From Balamuthia mandrillaris (Eukaryota): 64,000 nucleotides of DNA. Shown piece after piece: positions 50,895 to 62,590 of this stretch. The stretch lies in contig JAVKOQ020000077.1 in assembly GCA_031835245.2 (NCBI GenBank), positions 1-64,000 on the forward strand, in the 5' to 3' direction. How positions within the stretch are numbered: position 1 is the first letter of the stretch; every line of letters starts with the position of its first letter. Made by a program: the position numbers and the translations under genes. The notes beneath the pieces were generated by a model. The model was not told where the DNA came from and did no database searches. It was given only the letters and a program-made list of their open reading frames with translations.

Positions 50895-53800
50895 ATGAGT
50901 AGCGGCGGGACCCCCACCGCCGTTAGGGTCGGAACGCGAGTTACCATCGATGGGAAGCCACAGTTGGGAAGGGGCACCGTTCGTTTCGTTGGCCCTGTGC
51001 AATTCTCATCCAAGGAAAATTGGGTAGGCATCGAATTGGATGCTCCTTGTACGTTCCTCCTCTTCCTTCCCTTTTTTCCCCTCCTCTTCTTCCCTCTGGT
51101 CTCGTGAGCACTTTTCTTGTGAGACTATTCCGTTTGAAATCACTGCTACTTTGATGACGCAGTCTATCTCATTTTATTTGACTACTCATTTTGAAAACAA
51201 AAAAAAAAACAGTGGGCAAGAACAATGGGCGAGTGAAAGGAGTGACTTACTTCACTTGTGAGGCGGATCGTGGAGTGTTCGTGCCGATGGACAGGCTGAT
51301 ACCTCTCGCCGCCAGCACCGCTCGCTCAGGTGCTACTTCCACCACTTCCTCTCGTCCGACCTCCCGACCTACCTCCCGTCCTACCTCCCGTCCTACCTCT
51401 CGTCCGACCTCTAGACCCACTTCCTCTGCCCCTTCTCCTACGGCTTCTCCCCCTGGCTCCCCTCCTTCTGAAAGAAGGTCTTCTTCTATTGCTAGTTCCA
51501 CAACAGGAAGCAAACCAACAAGAAGCACCTCGACTAAGCAGCTGCCGAGCTACATGCAAGGAACTGCCGCCTCTAAGACTCGTGCACCAAGGAGCACATC
51601 TCCTTCTAGCCGAAGGGAAACCCTTGGAGGGGGCAACACTCTACGCTCTCCCCCCGATGGTCTGTTCACAAAGCCTGTTGTCTCTTCCTATCTGCTTCTA
51701 ACCTTGCTGTATATGGCGATTAAATAGATGCAAGCAGCAGGAGGGCGAGACTTTCAGTAGGTGGTGCCGCTTTGTCAAGCGAAGAAATAGAGAAAAGAGA
51801 ACTAAAGGAGAAGTTGAAGATTCAACATCTCAAAGATAAGAAAGAGGAGGAACGGTTGAAAGCTCGTAAAATGTTAGAAGCCAAAGCCCAAGCCTTGAAG
51901 GAGGCACGGACTCAAGCTACAACCGCTGGCGAATCACAAGAAGGAGAAAAGGACGAGGTCGATGTAGATGAAAGAGATGACGAAGAAGTACCAGACGATG
52001 GAAACGAAGATGAAGAACAAGAAGGAATGCCAGAAAAAGAAATCGAAGGTGATCTGGAATTGGAGGAAGAAAAAGATCAGGGAGGAGAAGATCAGGAGGT
52101 TGCAGAGGAAACCGACGAAATTGAGGAAACAGAGGAAGCACCCAATGACATAGAAGTAGAAGCAATGCCTGACGATGATGGCCTCGAAAACGCAGACGAA
52201 GAGAATGAAAAGGACGGGGAGGCTTCACCAGGTGTAGCCTCATCTCCAAGTGATGAGGAGCAGATAAAGTTGCGGCAAGCACAAAGAGAGAGGCAGAGAA
52301 GAGCGCAAGCCGAGAAGGATAGCGAAAAAAGACGGCAAACCATCACCGGCTCAGCCATTGCTGGAAGCAGGCCTCGCACAACTTCGCGTGGCAGTAGCGA
52401 CTTGGAGAAAAGACGTGTTAGCACGAGCAAACTCGAGCGCATTACCCCTTCTCCCTCATCCTCCACGTTGACTGAACAACAAAAGGAGAAGTTGAGAGAG
52501 AGGAAGTTGTTGGCGGAAAAGCAAAAGAGAGCACGAACAAGCTCTACCTCAGCGACCACATCATCGACGACAGCAGCGCCCCAACGACAACGAAGAGAAC
52601 GCTCTACCAGTGAGAAAGAAGGCCGCGATGCTTTGAAACAGAAAATCATGGAGAAGAAAGCCAAAGAGCAAGAAGCAAGCAAAGAGAAGGATCGCATTCT
52701 GCTCTCTGAGTCTACAGCTGAGAAGAAACCAGCAATGACTTCCCCTTCTCCCTCCTCTTCTGCGAACGAAGCGTCCAGTGCTGAGCTATCCTCAGCATCA
52801 CCTCCAGTACCAAAAGCTCCACTCACACGCGAGAGTTTGGCTGAAGTAGATCCCACCATCTTGCAAACCATCAAGGAATTAAGCGAGTGGAAGAAAAACG
52901 CACAAGAGACCATTAAGGATCTTCAGAAGAACCTTGGAGACAAACAAGCAGAAGTAGAAAATTTGAAAAAGGAAATGGAACAAAAGGAAAAAGAAAACGA
53001 GAAGGAACTGAAGAAGGTGGAAAAAGCTCATATAAGAGAAAAAGAAAAGCTAGAGCGCCAACTGGCGGAGGATAAGGAGGACCTGGAAGAGGAGGTGGCA
53101 ACCTTAAGCGACACTCTTGAAATGGTCACATTGGATAAAGAGCTAGCAGAGGAAAAAGCGGAACAAATGGAAAAGGAGTTGGAACAACTGAAACTGAAGC
53201 TTTCTATCGAAGGAGGAGCCGAGAATAGTGATAAACACACTCCTTCACAAAGTGAGGGGCAAGATGGTGAACAAGCTGCCTCTAGGTAAGACACTAAAGA
53301 AATCCCCAACACACAAACAACTCGAACTGAGCCTGGTACCCTATAATCATAATTTTTTTTATTTATTTTAAACACAGAGTCAACGATGAACAGTACCTTC
53401 AACTCGAACTACAAAACAAAAGGCTAACGGAAGCATTGATGAAATTGAAAGATCTGAGCGTTTACGAAAGCAAGCAAAACGAAAAGACTATCAAGGACCT
53501 CCAGAGAGAGAATGAGACCATTCCAGTTTTGGATGATAAGATAGCCAAGCTGAAAGAAGACTTGAAGGAAAAGAACGATCTTGTAGAGGAGTTAAAGGAA
53601 AAGCTTGACCTCGCCGAAGAAGCGAACGAAATGATAGAGGAACTGACTGAAAAGAATTTTGCTCTTGAAGAGGTGAGAAATCACAATGAGAGTGAGACTT
53701 TGTCTGACTTTTTTTTTTGGGTCTGCAGAATATTGCTGAATTACAGGCCACAATAGAGGACTTGGAGGCACTACAACAAGTAAGCGAGGAGCTTGAAGAA

Positions 53801-56493
53801 AATCAGGCTCAAGTAGAGAAGAAGTTGCGAAGTGTTATCCGTTTGTGCTTCCTCTCTTCATTTTGGTTTAATAACCTTCTAACGGTTAAACTATAGACAC
53901 AAAGGATGTGCAACTTCTTTCTAGCGTAGACAAGATAAAGGCTCTGCAAGCAGAAATGGAGGACAAAGACAAGACAATTCAGCAATTCCGAGAAAAGGTA
54001 AATGCCTTGCAAGAGGCTATCAAGCAATACGCACAAAGCCAAGAGGAAATGTCTAGCGAGGCCGAGCAACTATCATCCCAGTCAAAGGCTCTTTTGGATC
54101 AAAACCTCCAATTGAAGGTTTGTTTGTATGACTAATAGAAGAAGCTGGATGATGCTAACCATCAACAATTTAACAGACCAAAGCCGTAAAGGTGAAGACA
54201 ATGGAGTTGGAACAAAAGCTCAACGTTCTCGAAGTAGAACAAGCCAAGAAGCACTTGGCGTTGATGGTGTCCTTCCTACCAGAAAATATCTTTGCTCAGG
54301 ACAAGGACTCCATTCAACTGCAGCTGCTTTGCGACCGCATGTTGAGCAAAGCCACTCTGCTGGCCAATTTTTTGGAGTCAGAGTACAAGTTAGAGCAACT
54401 TTCCTTCAACCTCATTCACTCTGTGGACATTCAAAGTCTCCTCAGTTCCTCCACATTGCACCGTGTGCCTAACGAGGAGTTGCTATTGGCTTGGCATGTT
54501 CATAGGCAGGCTAGGAACTTGATGTACGATGTCGAAAACTTCATCGGTGTGTTAGCATCGCCTGAAAAGTGCAAGGTGGAGGCCTACTTGCGGGTGGGCA
54601 AGGTCTTCCGTGAGTTTATGCCCTTTGAAAGAAAGATGGATGGGCTATTGGAGATAATCAAGCAAGAGGGTAATCTCAACAGTTCCTCCCTTGACTATGA
54701 GTCCTTTGAGGTCTGCTTTCAACCTATTCGAGCTTTCTTCACCCTCTATTTATTTTAATCTTGCAATTTGTTGCAGGCTTTTCGTGAAAGATTAAGAAGA
54801 ACGACTGCAGTCTACTTCCTTCGAAATGCTTCACCTCCTGTACAAGACGAGTCATCAGAGCAACCTCATGAAGAAATCTCTGCAACCATTACTCCACATG
54901 AGAACTCATCAGCGGGAGTGGGAACAGATAGCAGAGAAGTCGAAGCATTCCTGGCCCCTCTAACGTGGAAAACTCTCAACCACAACGTGGAGGAGATTAT
55001 CTACGCATTAAACGTAATCCTTTTGGAGGACCGCAAAGTGAAGTATTGGGGCAAGGAATTAGACGGCAGCGAAAGTGAAACAGAGCCTAAGACTGTGGAA
55101 AAGACCATAGCCCTGAGTACCATGCGCGACTCGTTGGAAGTGGCCAGGAAACTCTGCCGTTTCCTCCAGCAAGAAAAGATCTCTCTGCCAGCACACTATA
55201 CCAACACTCTTCTTCGCAAACTGTTCCAATGCCAGAGCTACACTGATGATGTGCGCTCACTGCTTGGTAAGCTCGTTGCACGTCTGAAGCAACAGCAAGA
55301 AGAACGACTTGTCAACAGTGCAACTCTTCCTGATGCTACCGAGCTTCAAAAGGAAGTCGCGGATGCTTTGGCGGCTTTGCTGAAAGAACGGGTAGCCCAC
55401 CAACAAGAAGAGAGAGCGGAAGAGGGAGACAAGATAAAAGAAGTTAACTTGAACAATGAATCTCTAAACGAGACAGAGACACCCGAGCAAGAAACAGAGA
55501 ATATCAACAGTGAAGAAGGGGAGCAACAGAAAGAAGTTGGAGAAGCTTGGGAATGGGTTTCTAAGAAACTGGTAGAGGCCAATGCCTTACTAGCTGACGT
55601 GGCTGGCAAGGTTATCAACAGCCACCAGTTTAATGTGAGTGGCGGTGCTGCAAACGTTGCTCTCAACGTCAATGTGAGTGCTCTGGCTACATTGGTTGGA
55701 TCCTCTTCTTCCTCCGAGACAATAACTACCTTAACAACAGAATCTTCTCCTGTCGCAAACGCCAACGAAAGGTTGCCTGCGTGGCAGCAAAGGGCAGAGG
55801 AAATCAAGGCGCAGCTGGCAGAGGCAGCAAGCCTCAAGGAAGAACTACAGAAGACGAAAGAAAAAGTCCTGGAGGGATTACGTACTGTACGCTTACAAGA
55901 GCAAGAGATAAAGGAGCACCTCAGCAGATCCAAAGTATTTGAAATCAAGATGGAAGCCTTGCAGAAGAAGGTTCTCTTTTCTTTTCCCATGAATTTTGCT
56001 CCTCTCTTACATAAGCGCTTTAGGAAAGTGAGCTGGTCCAAGAACTTGAACTTAAGAATGCCAAATATCTTTCTTCAGAAAAGGTAACGTTTACACTACC
56101 CTCCTTTCTTTTATTTGTATGCTAATGAGAATATACGCAGATGTACGAAGAAGCCTTGGAAAGTCTTCAAGCCGATAATGAAAAGTTGGAGAATAACTGT
56201 CGTAACCTGAAAGAGGAAATCAAGAAGCTTGGTACGCTAGCTTTCCCCCTCCCTCTCCTCGCCCTCTTTTGGCTAATCACTTTCGAATCACAGAGGAGCT
56301 CAAGCAAACAATAGAGGAAAAGAAGGCGGAGATGCCAGCCTTGGAGCTGGTAAGCGAAGAGATCCGTGCCCTGAAAGGTGCTCTTCATGTCTTGCGTCGA
56401 CAGAACAGCCGCCTGCGAGCTATCGATGCACAAAAGAAGTTGCAATACATCCTTCCTTCCTCCCACCTCCCTGAAAAACTCAGAACAGGTTAA

Positions 56494-56536
<43 letters not shown>

Positions 56537-57213
56537 CAAATACTCAAACCCTTAAAAAAACAGGCGATAGTCATAAAATAACAAACAAAGTGCTGCGAGA
56601 AGTAAAACGCTGCAACCACGAAATAAGCCAAGCCGTGGAGAATCTGTTGCGCACCAAAGCCACCACCAAGGTTGTCGACCTTAATGATGCTCATCTGGCA
56701 AGGCTGCAACAATCCTCCATACAACGAGAAGGAGAAGAATCATCTGCCTCTTCCTTTTCGTTGAGAAAGAAGAGACATCCAGTTTTGCACAGGAAGAAGA
56801 AAGACAGAAACGCAGTAGCGAGCGCAGTGGACCAATGGATCATTCAGCAGACGGAGCAAACGCGGGTTTGCAACCACTATGAGACCGTGCGCCAAAAGAC
56901 GAGAGCATTGATAGCCAAGGTTCATCCGTTGGGTGCCATTGCGGCTGACTTTACCGAGTTTCCATCGGTGGATGCCACTAAGAGTGTGCAGAGCATGAGC
57001 AAGCAGCCTCTTACCTTGGTTGGCAGACTACACTTTCCTCTTCAACAAAAGGAGAGAGAACGAGGAGAGGATGGAGAAGGCAACGGCGACAGCGGGAAAG
57101 AAATGAAAGCGTTGTTGGAGGAGCTGCGGAGACCTGCTGCTGCTGCGGAGGGTAGGACTCCCGTCGTGTTCAACCCGGATGCTCTCGCCAAGTTGCACTC
57201 CTTGCTGTTGTGA
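50895..57213 (+). CDS. DCTN1: Dynactin subunit 1 (p150Glued); spliced
   Basis: N-terminal CAP-Gly (GTVRFVG..WVGIELD..GKNNGRVKGVTYFTC). Basic Ser/Pro region, long coiled coil, DTLEMVTLDKELAEEKAE, EMIEELTEKNFALEE, SFLPENIF..DKDSI. Confidence 0.92.
51349..51422 (+). repeat. 12-bp coding tandem repeat (SRPT)n in the DCTN1 basic region
   Basis: About six tcy-cgn-ccn-acc units encoding SRPTSRPT... Confidence 0.85.
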
Positions 57214-57380
57214 TAGTGTTGTTCTTTTTATAACCCTTTTCTTCCTGTTTGTGTCTTCTTTTGCACACACAAGAAAAAAATACTTATAATGATAATAACT
57301 TTACAACAGCAATAATAACCATCACCAAATCCTCCTCCTCCTCCCCACACGCACCGCTTTAGCATTTAAACTTTAGCCAT

Positions 57381-58208
57381 TCAGGAGGAGGAGGAGTTGT
57401 GCCGAAGAGGATGATAAAGGCCGTTGACAAAAGCAGGATAGCCTTGTCCATACTTTGTCATCCATACGCTTACAGCCGCGCCATCACCATCACCTCCATC
57501 ATCTTTACTACCTTTTGCTTCTTCATCACCAGCCGGTGCTTCGTCCTCAGAGGTGTTAACAAGCGTTTGCTTTTGATGAGGTGGCAAAAGAGCCTTCGCA
57601 GGAGAGAAGGAAGGCAGGCCCAATTCTTCCACAGCCGCCACGATGGCATCGGGAAACTGGAATTCCTCCAGCGCCACGCTGGTGTAGACTGCTCCTTCCA
57701 GTTGCTCTACCTCCACCAATGTACACTCTCCGCTTACCATCACCTTTCTTCCTTCTCCTTCTTCGCCTCCTTTCTTCCCTTTCTTTTCAACACGTAGTTT
57801 AACGGGAACGTAGAAAGTCCAACGACTCTTTTTCAGAGGCAGTTTGCCGACCACGACGACCCCAACACCCTCCCCTATCTCCTCCATTTGTTTCTTGCTC
57901 GCCTTGTGGCTGCCGCACCGCAGATGAGATTTTTCCCACCTCTCTATCCCATCGGTGGTTCTTCGTTGTTTGCAACGTTTGACTTCAAGGCTGGAGGAGG
58001 AGAAGGAAAAGAACGAGGAGGAGCCACCGCGGGATTTGATGCCGAGGTCGTCCGATTGAGAGGCAAAGTAAACGTCTGTACGTTGTTCGACGGCTCCTGG
58101 AAGATCTTTGGAGAAGAAGGACGAGCGTGGCCGCCCTTTGCCTTCCAGCAGCGCGGCAAAGTCTTTGGTGACATCCCCCTCATAAAATATCCTCCACTCC
58201 CATCCCAT
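57381..58208 (-). CDS. Intronless CYTH/triphosphate-tunnel-like protein
   Basis: Single ORF MGWEWRIF..EQRTDVYF..LGIKSRG..LEVK..GIERWEK..LKKSRW..ECTLVEV..SVALE..GYPAFV, consistent with a CYTH-type beta-barrel charge pattern. Confidence 0.6.
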   Translation of the reverse strand: MGWEWRIFYEGDVTKDFAALLEGKGRPRSSFFSKDLPGAVEQRTDVYFASQSDDLGIKSRGGSSSFFSFSSSSLEVKRCKQRRTTDGIERWEKSHLRCGSHKASKKQMEEIGEGVGVVVVGKLPLKKSRWTFYVPVKLRVEKKGKKGGEEGEGRKVMVSGECTLVEVEQLEGAVYTSVALEEFQFPDAIVAAVEELGLPSFSPAKALLPPHQKQTLVNTSEDEAPAGDEEAKGSKDDGGDGDGAAVSVWMTKYGQGYPAFVNGLYHPLRHNSSSS

Positions 58209-58386
58209 CTCCTCTTGCTTCGAATGGTTTTTTTCTTTTGTGGGAAAGAGAGCACAAAAGATTTCCTGGAAAAAAGTTCTCTGGAAAATTTCTTTGAAAT
58301 CGAATTTGTACCAGGAAAATATTTCGAAAAAAAGAACACAAAAGAGAGAAGAATACGTAGCGGAAAGAAAGAGCCGGATTACCTGC

Positions 58387-59693
58387 ATGGAGTGCGTTAT
58401 TCCCAAACGAAGCGTGAGGATTTTTTCCAAAGTGATACAATGTCTCGCCAAAGTGGGTGACGACCTCTTTCTGGAGGCCAGCGATCAAAAGGTACCACCC
58501 CCCGCAAACTCAAAAAACATAAGATGACTGACCCAACGAGGTTTTTTTGGAGCTCAGTTGGTATTTCGAACGTTGAATCAAGCTCGTTCTGCCTTTGTTG
58601 CTGTCACTTTCACCATGAACTTCTTCGAGTCGTTCTCGCTGAGTGCTGACATGCTCACTCGCTGCAAAATTCAACTCAAGGTAAGCACCTTTTTTTTTGA
58701 TTTCGCTGTATTAGATTTGTTGTTTGGGGTAACCCGATATTTTTTTGTGTGAAGCCATGTCTCGCTGTGTTTAGGTCTACTTCAACGGTTGAAAAGTGTA
58801 CCATGCGCCTTGATGAAGCCGAGTCGAAGTTGATAGTGCACCTGCTTTGCAAATTGGGTAATGCTACTTGGCTCTATTCATTTTTTTTTTCGACACCCAA
58901 ACCACTTTCTTTCTTATCTTTTCTTTCTTGTTGTTTCTTTCTTTTCTTGTTCATTTTCTTTCTTTCTTTCTTTCTTTCTTTCTTTTTTCTTTCTGTTTAT
59001 GTTCTTTCTTATCTTCCTTTGCTGATTAAAATGTTGCATAGGCATAAAGAAAACATTCAAGCTGGCTTTCGAGGAGAGCGAAACCATTCAAGCTGTGTAT
59101 TCCAAAGAGAACTGTCCCAACAAAATCGTGTCGAGGCCTCGCCTGCTGCTCGACGTGGTAGGCAACTTCCACAGCAACCTTGACGAGATCTCTTTCATCG
59201 TCTACGAAAAGCACCTCGTCGTGAAGAGCTATGTCGGCCAAGAGAAACGAAGTACGTTCCGCCCATGGTTCTTGGCTTTATCAATATTGCTTTGCTAACT
59301 CCTTCAATGAAAATAAACGCGAAGGCGGTGTAAACAAACCATTGCACACGGAACTCACTGTAGATAGCAGAGAATTCGAGGAGTACATGGTCACTGGAGA
59401 CATTGGCGAGATTACATTTTGCCTTAAGGAACTGAAGGTACTTCGCAATGCCTACACTATTTGTCTGCTTGGTACGGATACCTGAATCACTCTTCTTTTC
59501 TTTAGGCTTTGTTGAGCTTTTGTGAGGTTGCCGGTCAGCAAATAGCATTGTGGTTTGAAAAGGGTGGAAGGCCAATACTGTTCACAGTGAACGTGTTCAA
59601 TTGCTTTGAGGTGGACTTTGTTTTAGCCACTCTGTTGGAGCCGGTTACTTCTGGTTCTCAATCCTCCTCCGCCTCTGAATCATCCCAATCACA

Positions 59694-59774
<81 letters not shown>

Positions 59775-60433
59775 CTCTCTCCTCTTCGCCTTGTTTTCGC
59801 TGACTTCAATTTGTTCTCTGTTTGTCCAACTTCGTTCCTCGCTCCTTCAGCTGGTTCCCAACGACCACCACCTGTACGCATGATATTTCTTAATTTCCTT
59901 CTTACTCTTGCTCATTCGTACCATTGCTATTTTTCTAGTCTTACTCCACATCAGGCACGCAATCAACACCTCCCTCATCCTCTGAGTCCGTAAGTTCCTA
60001 TCCACCATCAGTCGCAGGGGGAGCGGCAGTACCCGGCACGCCTCCTTCCTCCATCCACAACAGCAGCGGCAGCAGCCAACCTCACAGCAGCTATTCTCAC
60101 CATCACCGCCACCACCATCACCACGAATCGTCTATACATCCCTCTTCTTCGCAAGAGCTTCTTGCTGGCGGTGGGGCTGCCGCTATTCCAGATAGTACCA
60201 TTACATCCAGTATGGTTGATGCTGCTGTTGGGCTTCATAGCAGCCCTTCTGTCGTTGGAAAAAAAGGAGTACTCCATGGTAGCAGAGGAGGAAAGATGGA
60301 AGTGGTGGACACAAAGATTGGAATCAAGCTGATGGATGAAGAGGAGGAAGAAGAGGAAGGCAGTGATGAAGATAGTTCGGTGGAAGGAACCCCTCCTTCC
60401 TCACCTCCTCCTTCCAGGAGAGGGCGTGCTTAA
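58387..60433 (+). CDS. RAD9: Rad9 checkpoint clamp (9-1-1) subunit; spliced
   Basis: IFSKVIQCLAKVGDDLFLE|LVFRTLNQARSAF, GIKKTFKL, EFEEY..EITFCLKELK|ALLSFCE..FEKGGRPILF..VDFVLATL, then a disordered tail ending VEGTPP. Confidence 0.92.
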
Positions 60434-60624
60434 AACGTATAACAGCACATCAGTTAAACTGTAGATAGAGAGAGCAAGTGACGGCAAGGAGGAAGAAAGC
60501 AAGAAAAGCGAATAAATTAAATAAAGCAAACTTTTAAAACGAATATCCACAACGAAACAAGGAAACCAAAGGAAGAAGAAGAAAAAAAAGCAGCAAAAAA
60601 AAAAAGCAAGTTCACTCTCTTTCT

Positions 60625-61080
60625 CTACTTGACAAGATCGACTACACGAGCCTCCTTTTTCACCACACAATCTCCACCATGCTTTCGGATCTCCGCCTGA
60701 ATGGCCTCAATCGCCTTGTTCAAGGTGCCAATACCCCGCTCGTGGTCGGTGTCCGCCGTCACCAAGCTGTAGTCAGGGGAGCACACCAAATGCACCTTGA
60801 TGGGGCTGGCCTCCGTGCCGCACTGCTGCCCGGACTTGAGGGCTGGGATGATGGCGTCGATGCCAGCGTAGCCATAGCATGTCACGCTGACCTCGGCCTG
60901 GATCTTGACGGGCTGTGAGCCCATGCGGTGCTCTATCGTCTTGAGAAGGGATTGTTTGAGCTCTTCCTCCAAGTTGAGTTCATCAAAGACCGTTGGATCT
61001 CTGTTAGCAGTGAGAGGGTTAGTTGGAGACATAGAGACAGAGAGAAAGAGAGGGGAGGAGCGACGGAGGAGGAGGAGGAG

Positions 61081-61114
<34 letters not shown>

Positions 61115-61714
61115 GTGAGGAAAGAAAGGAGAAAACAAGGAAGAGAAGACACACGTGAGGGATTTCTTGAAAGCATCAAAGGCATGCTCGTGCAATCGAT
61201 ACAAAGGCCAAGCGATACACTTGTTGAGCTCCAACAAGTCCTTGTGATGGGTCTCAGCCAGTTGAGCCATGATGCTGTGGACAGTCTTGGACTTGTTAAA
61301 TCGTCTGACGGCCTCCTCCACCTCGTTTTCCAAAAGGTTCTTCTTGGTGAGGTCAATGTAGCCCTTGTCCTTGTCCACGGTGAGCACCTGCATGACCTCC
61401 TGCTTGCCCACACGAATGTGGTTCTTGATGGAGCGGATGCGCCTGGCAGAGAGCTCCTTCAGGAGGATGATGCCCTCCTTGTTGCCGTACTCCAGGAGCA
61501 CCACCGTGGCTCCCACTTGCTTGTCCAGAGAGACAACGAGGACCATCACCAGCTCGTCCACTGAGGGATACTCCGCCTCGTACATGCGGCACTCGTTTCG
61601 AAGCTTGGCCACAGCGCTCACTTCGCCATCTTGATCAGCCTGCGTGGTGGTTGTTGGGGTTGTTACTCCGTTTTCAGCAATCACTGCCTGAGAGGGATCT
61701 CCGTTCGATTCCAT
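60625..61714 (-). CDS. EIF2S1: Translation initiation factor eIF2-alpha, divergent (2 exons, intron 61001-61154, ~311 aa)
   Basis: CRMYEAEYPSVDELVMV, LLEYGNKEGIILLKELSARRIRSI, VDKDKGYIDL, KSKTVHSIM, IAWPLY, HAFDAFK, KIQAEVSVTCYGYAGIDAI. Confidence 0.9.
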
Positions 61715-62590
61715 TGTGTCTGTGTTTTTTTTTTGTGTGGGCGTGTGTGGGGAGGGGTTGAACGAACACTCGGGGGTGGGTAGCTCGCGTGTTTGGAAAT
61801 ATTTTTTTTTTTCGGGAAGGGAAAGTGTGAGAAAGTTTGAGGCACTCCCTTCTTTTTTTGTGCTTCTCTCTCTCCCTATTTTTCTTTCTTCTCTTCCCTC
61901 TTTTCCTTCTTTTCTTCTCTTCTCCTATTTTTGTTGCTCTGAAAAGAGTTCACGGAATTATGTGAGAATGGAATGTTCGGAATGCTTGGAATGTGATCAT
62001 AGGAGGACAAGATTTGCCGCAGACCGAAGAACAATTTGCGCAGGAAATGCCCCCTATAATCAGGAAGCTCTGGGCGTTTATGCGCATTGGGGAGGGAGGG
62101 TGCGTCAAAACTCATTTCCCTTTGAAGAATGCCCCTCACCGGAAATGCAAGGAATACCTGCCGAGAAGCTCAGGGGAAGAATTGACGTGAAGGAGCTTCT
62201 CTCCTACAAACCGGGTTCGTTTTTGCTCCTTATGGTACCTGGCTTAATGATGCTCATGATTGTTATACACAAAAAACAAAAAAAAGAGGAATGTGACACA
62301 GTAATAGTGGAAGAGCGTGGATTGAAGAAGTACAAGATTGAGGGCCTTTTCACTTGGGACTTTATGCGGGACATACGAAGCCTCGGACCTCTCCAAGTTA
62401 CGCAGGCATGGCTTCGTGAAGGATATTGACACCATGGAGAGGGCGGTGGCCTTCTTTGATGGGTTGTGCATCAACAAAGTCATTCCTTAGTGCCCTTCCT
62501 CCTAAAAGAATGAGTAGACAACATCAGCACCCTCAACAAAAAAGAGAGGAAATAAAGGTAGGTTGTTTACCTTGCTCTTAAACAAATGTG

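Noticed and set aside
51215..51229. CAP-Gly motif GKNNG instead of GKNDG
   Set aside because: This is a common CAP-Gly variant with no reason to infer altered function.
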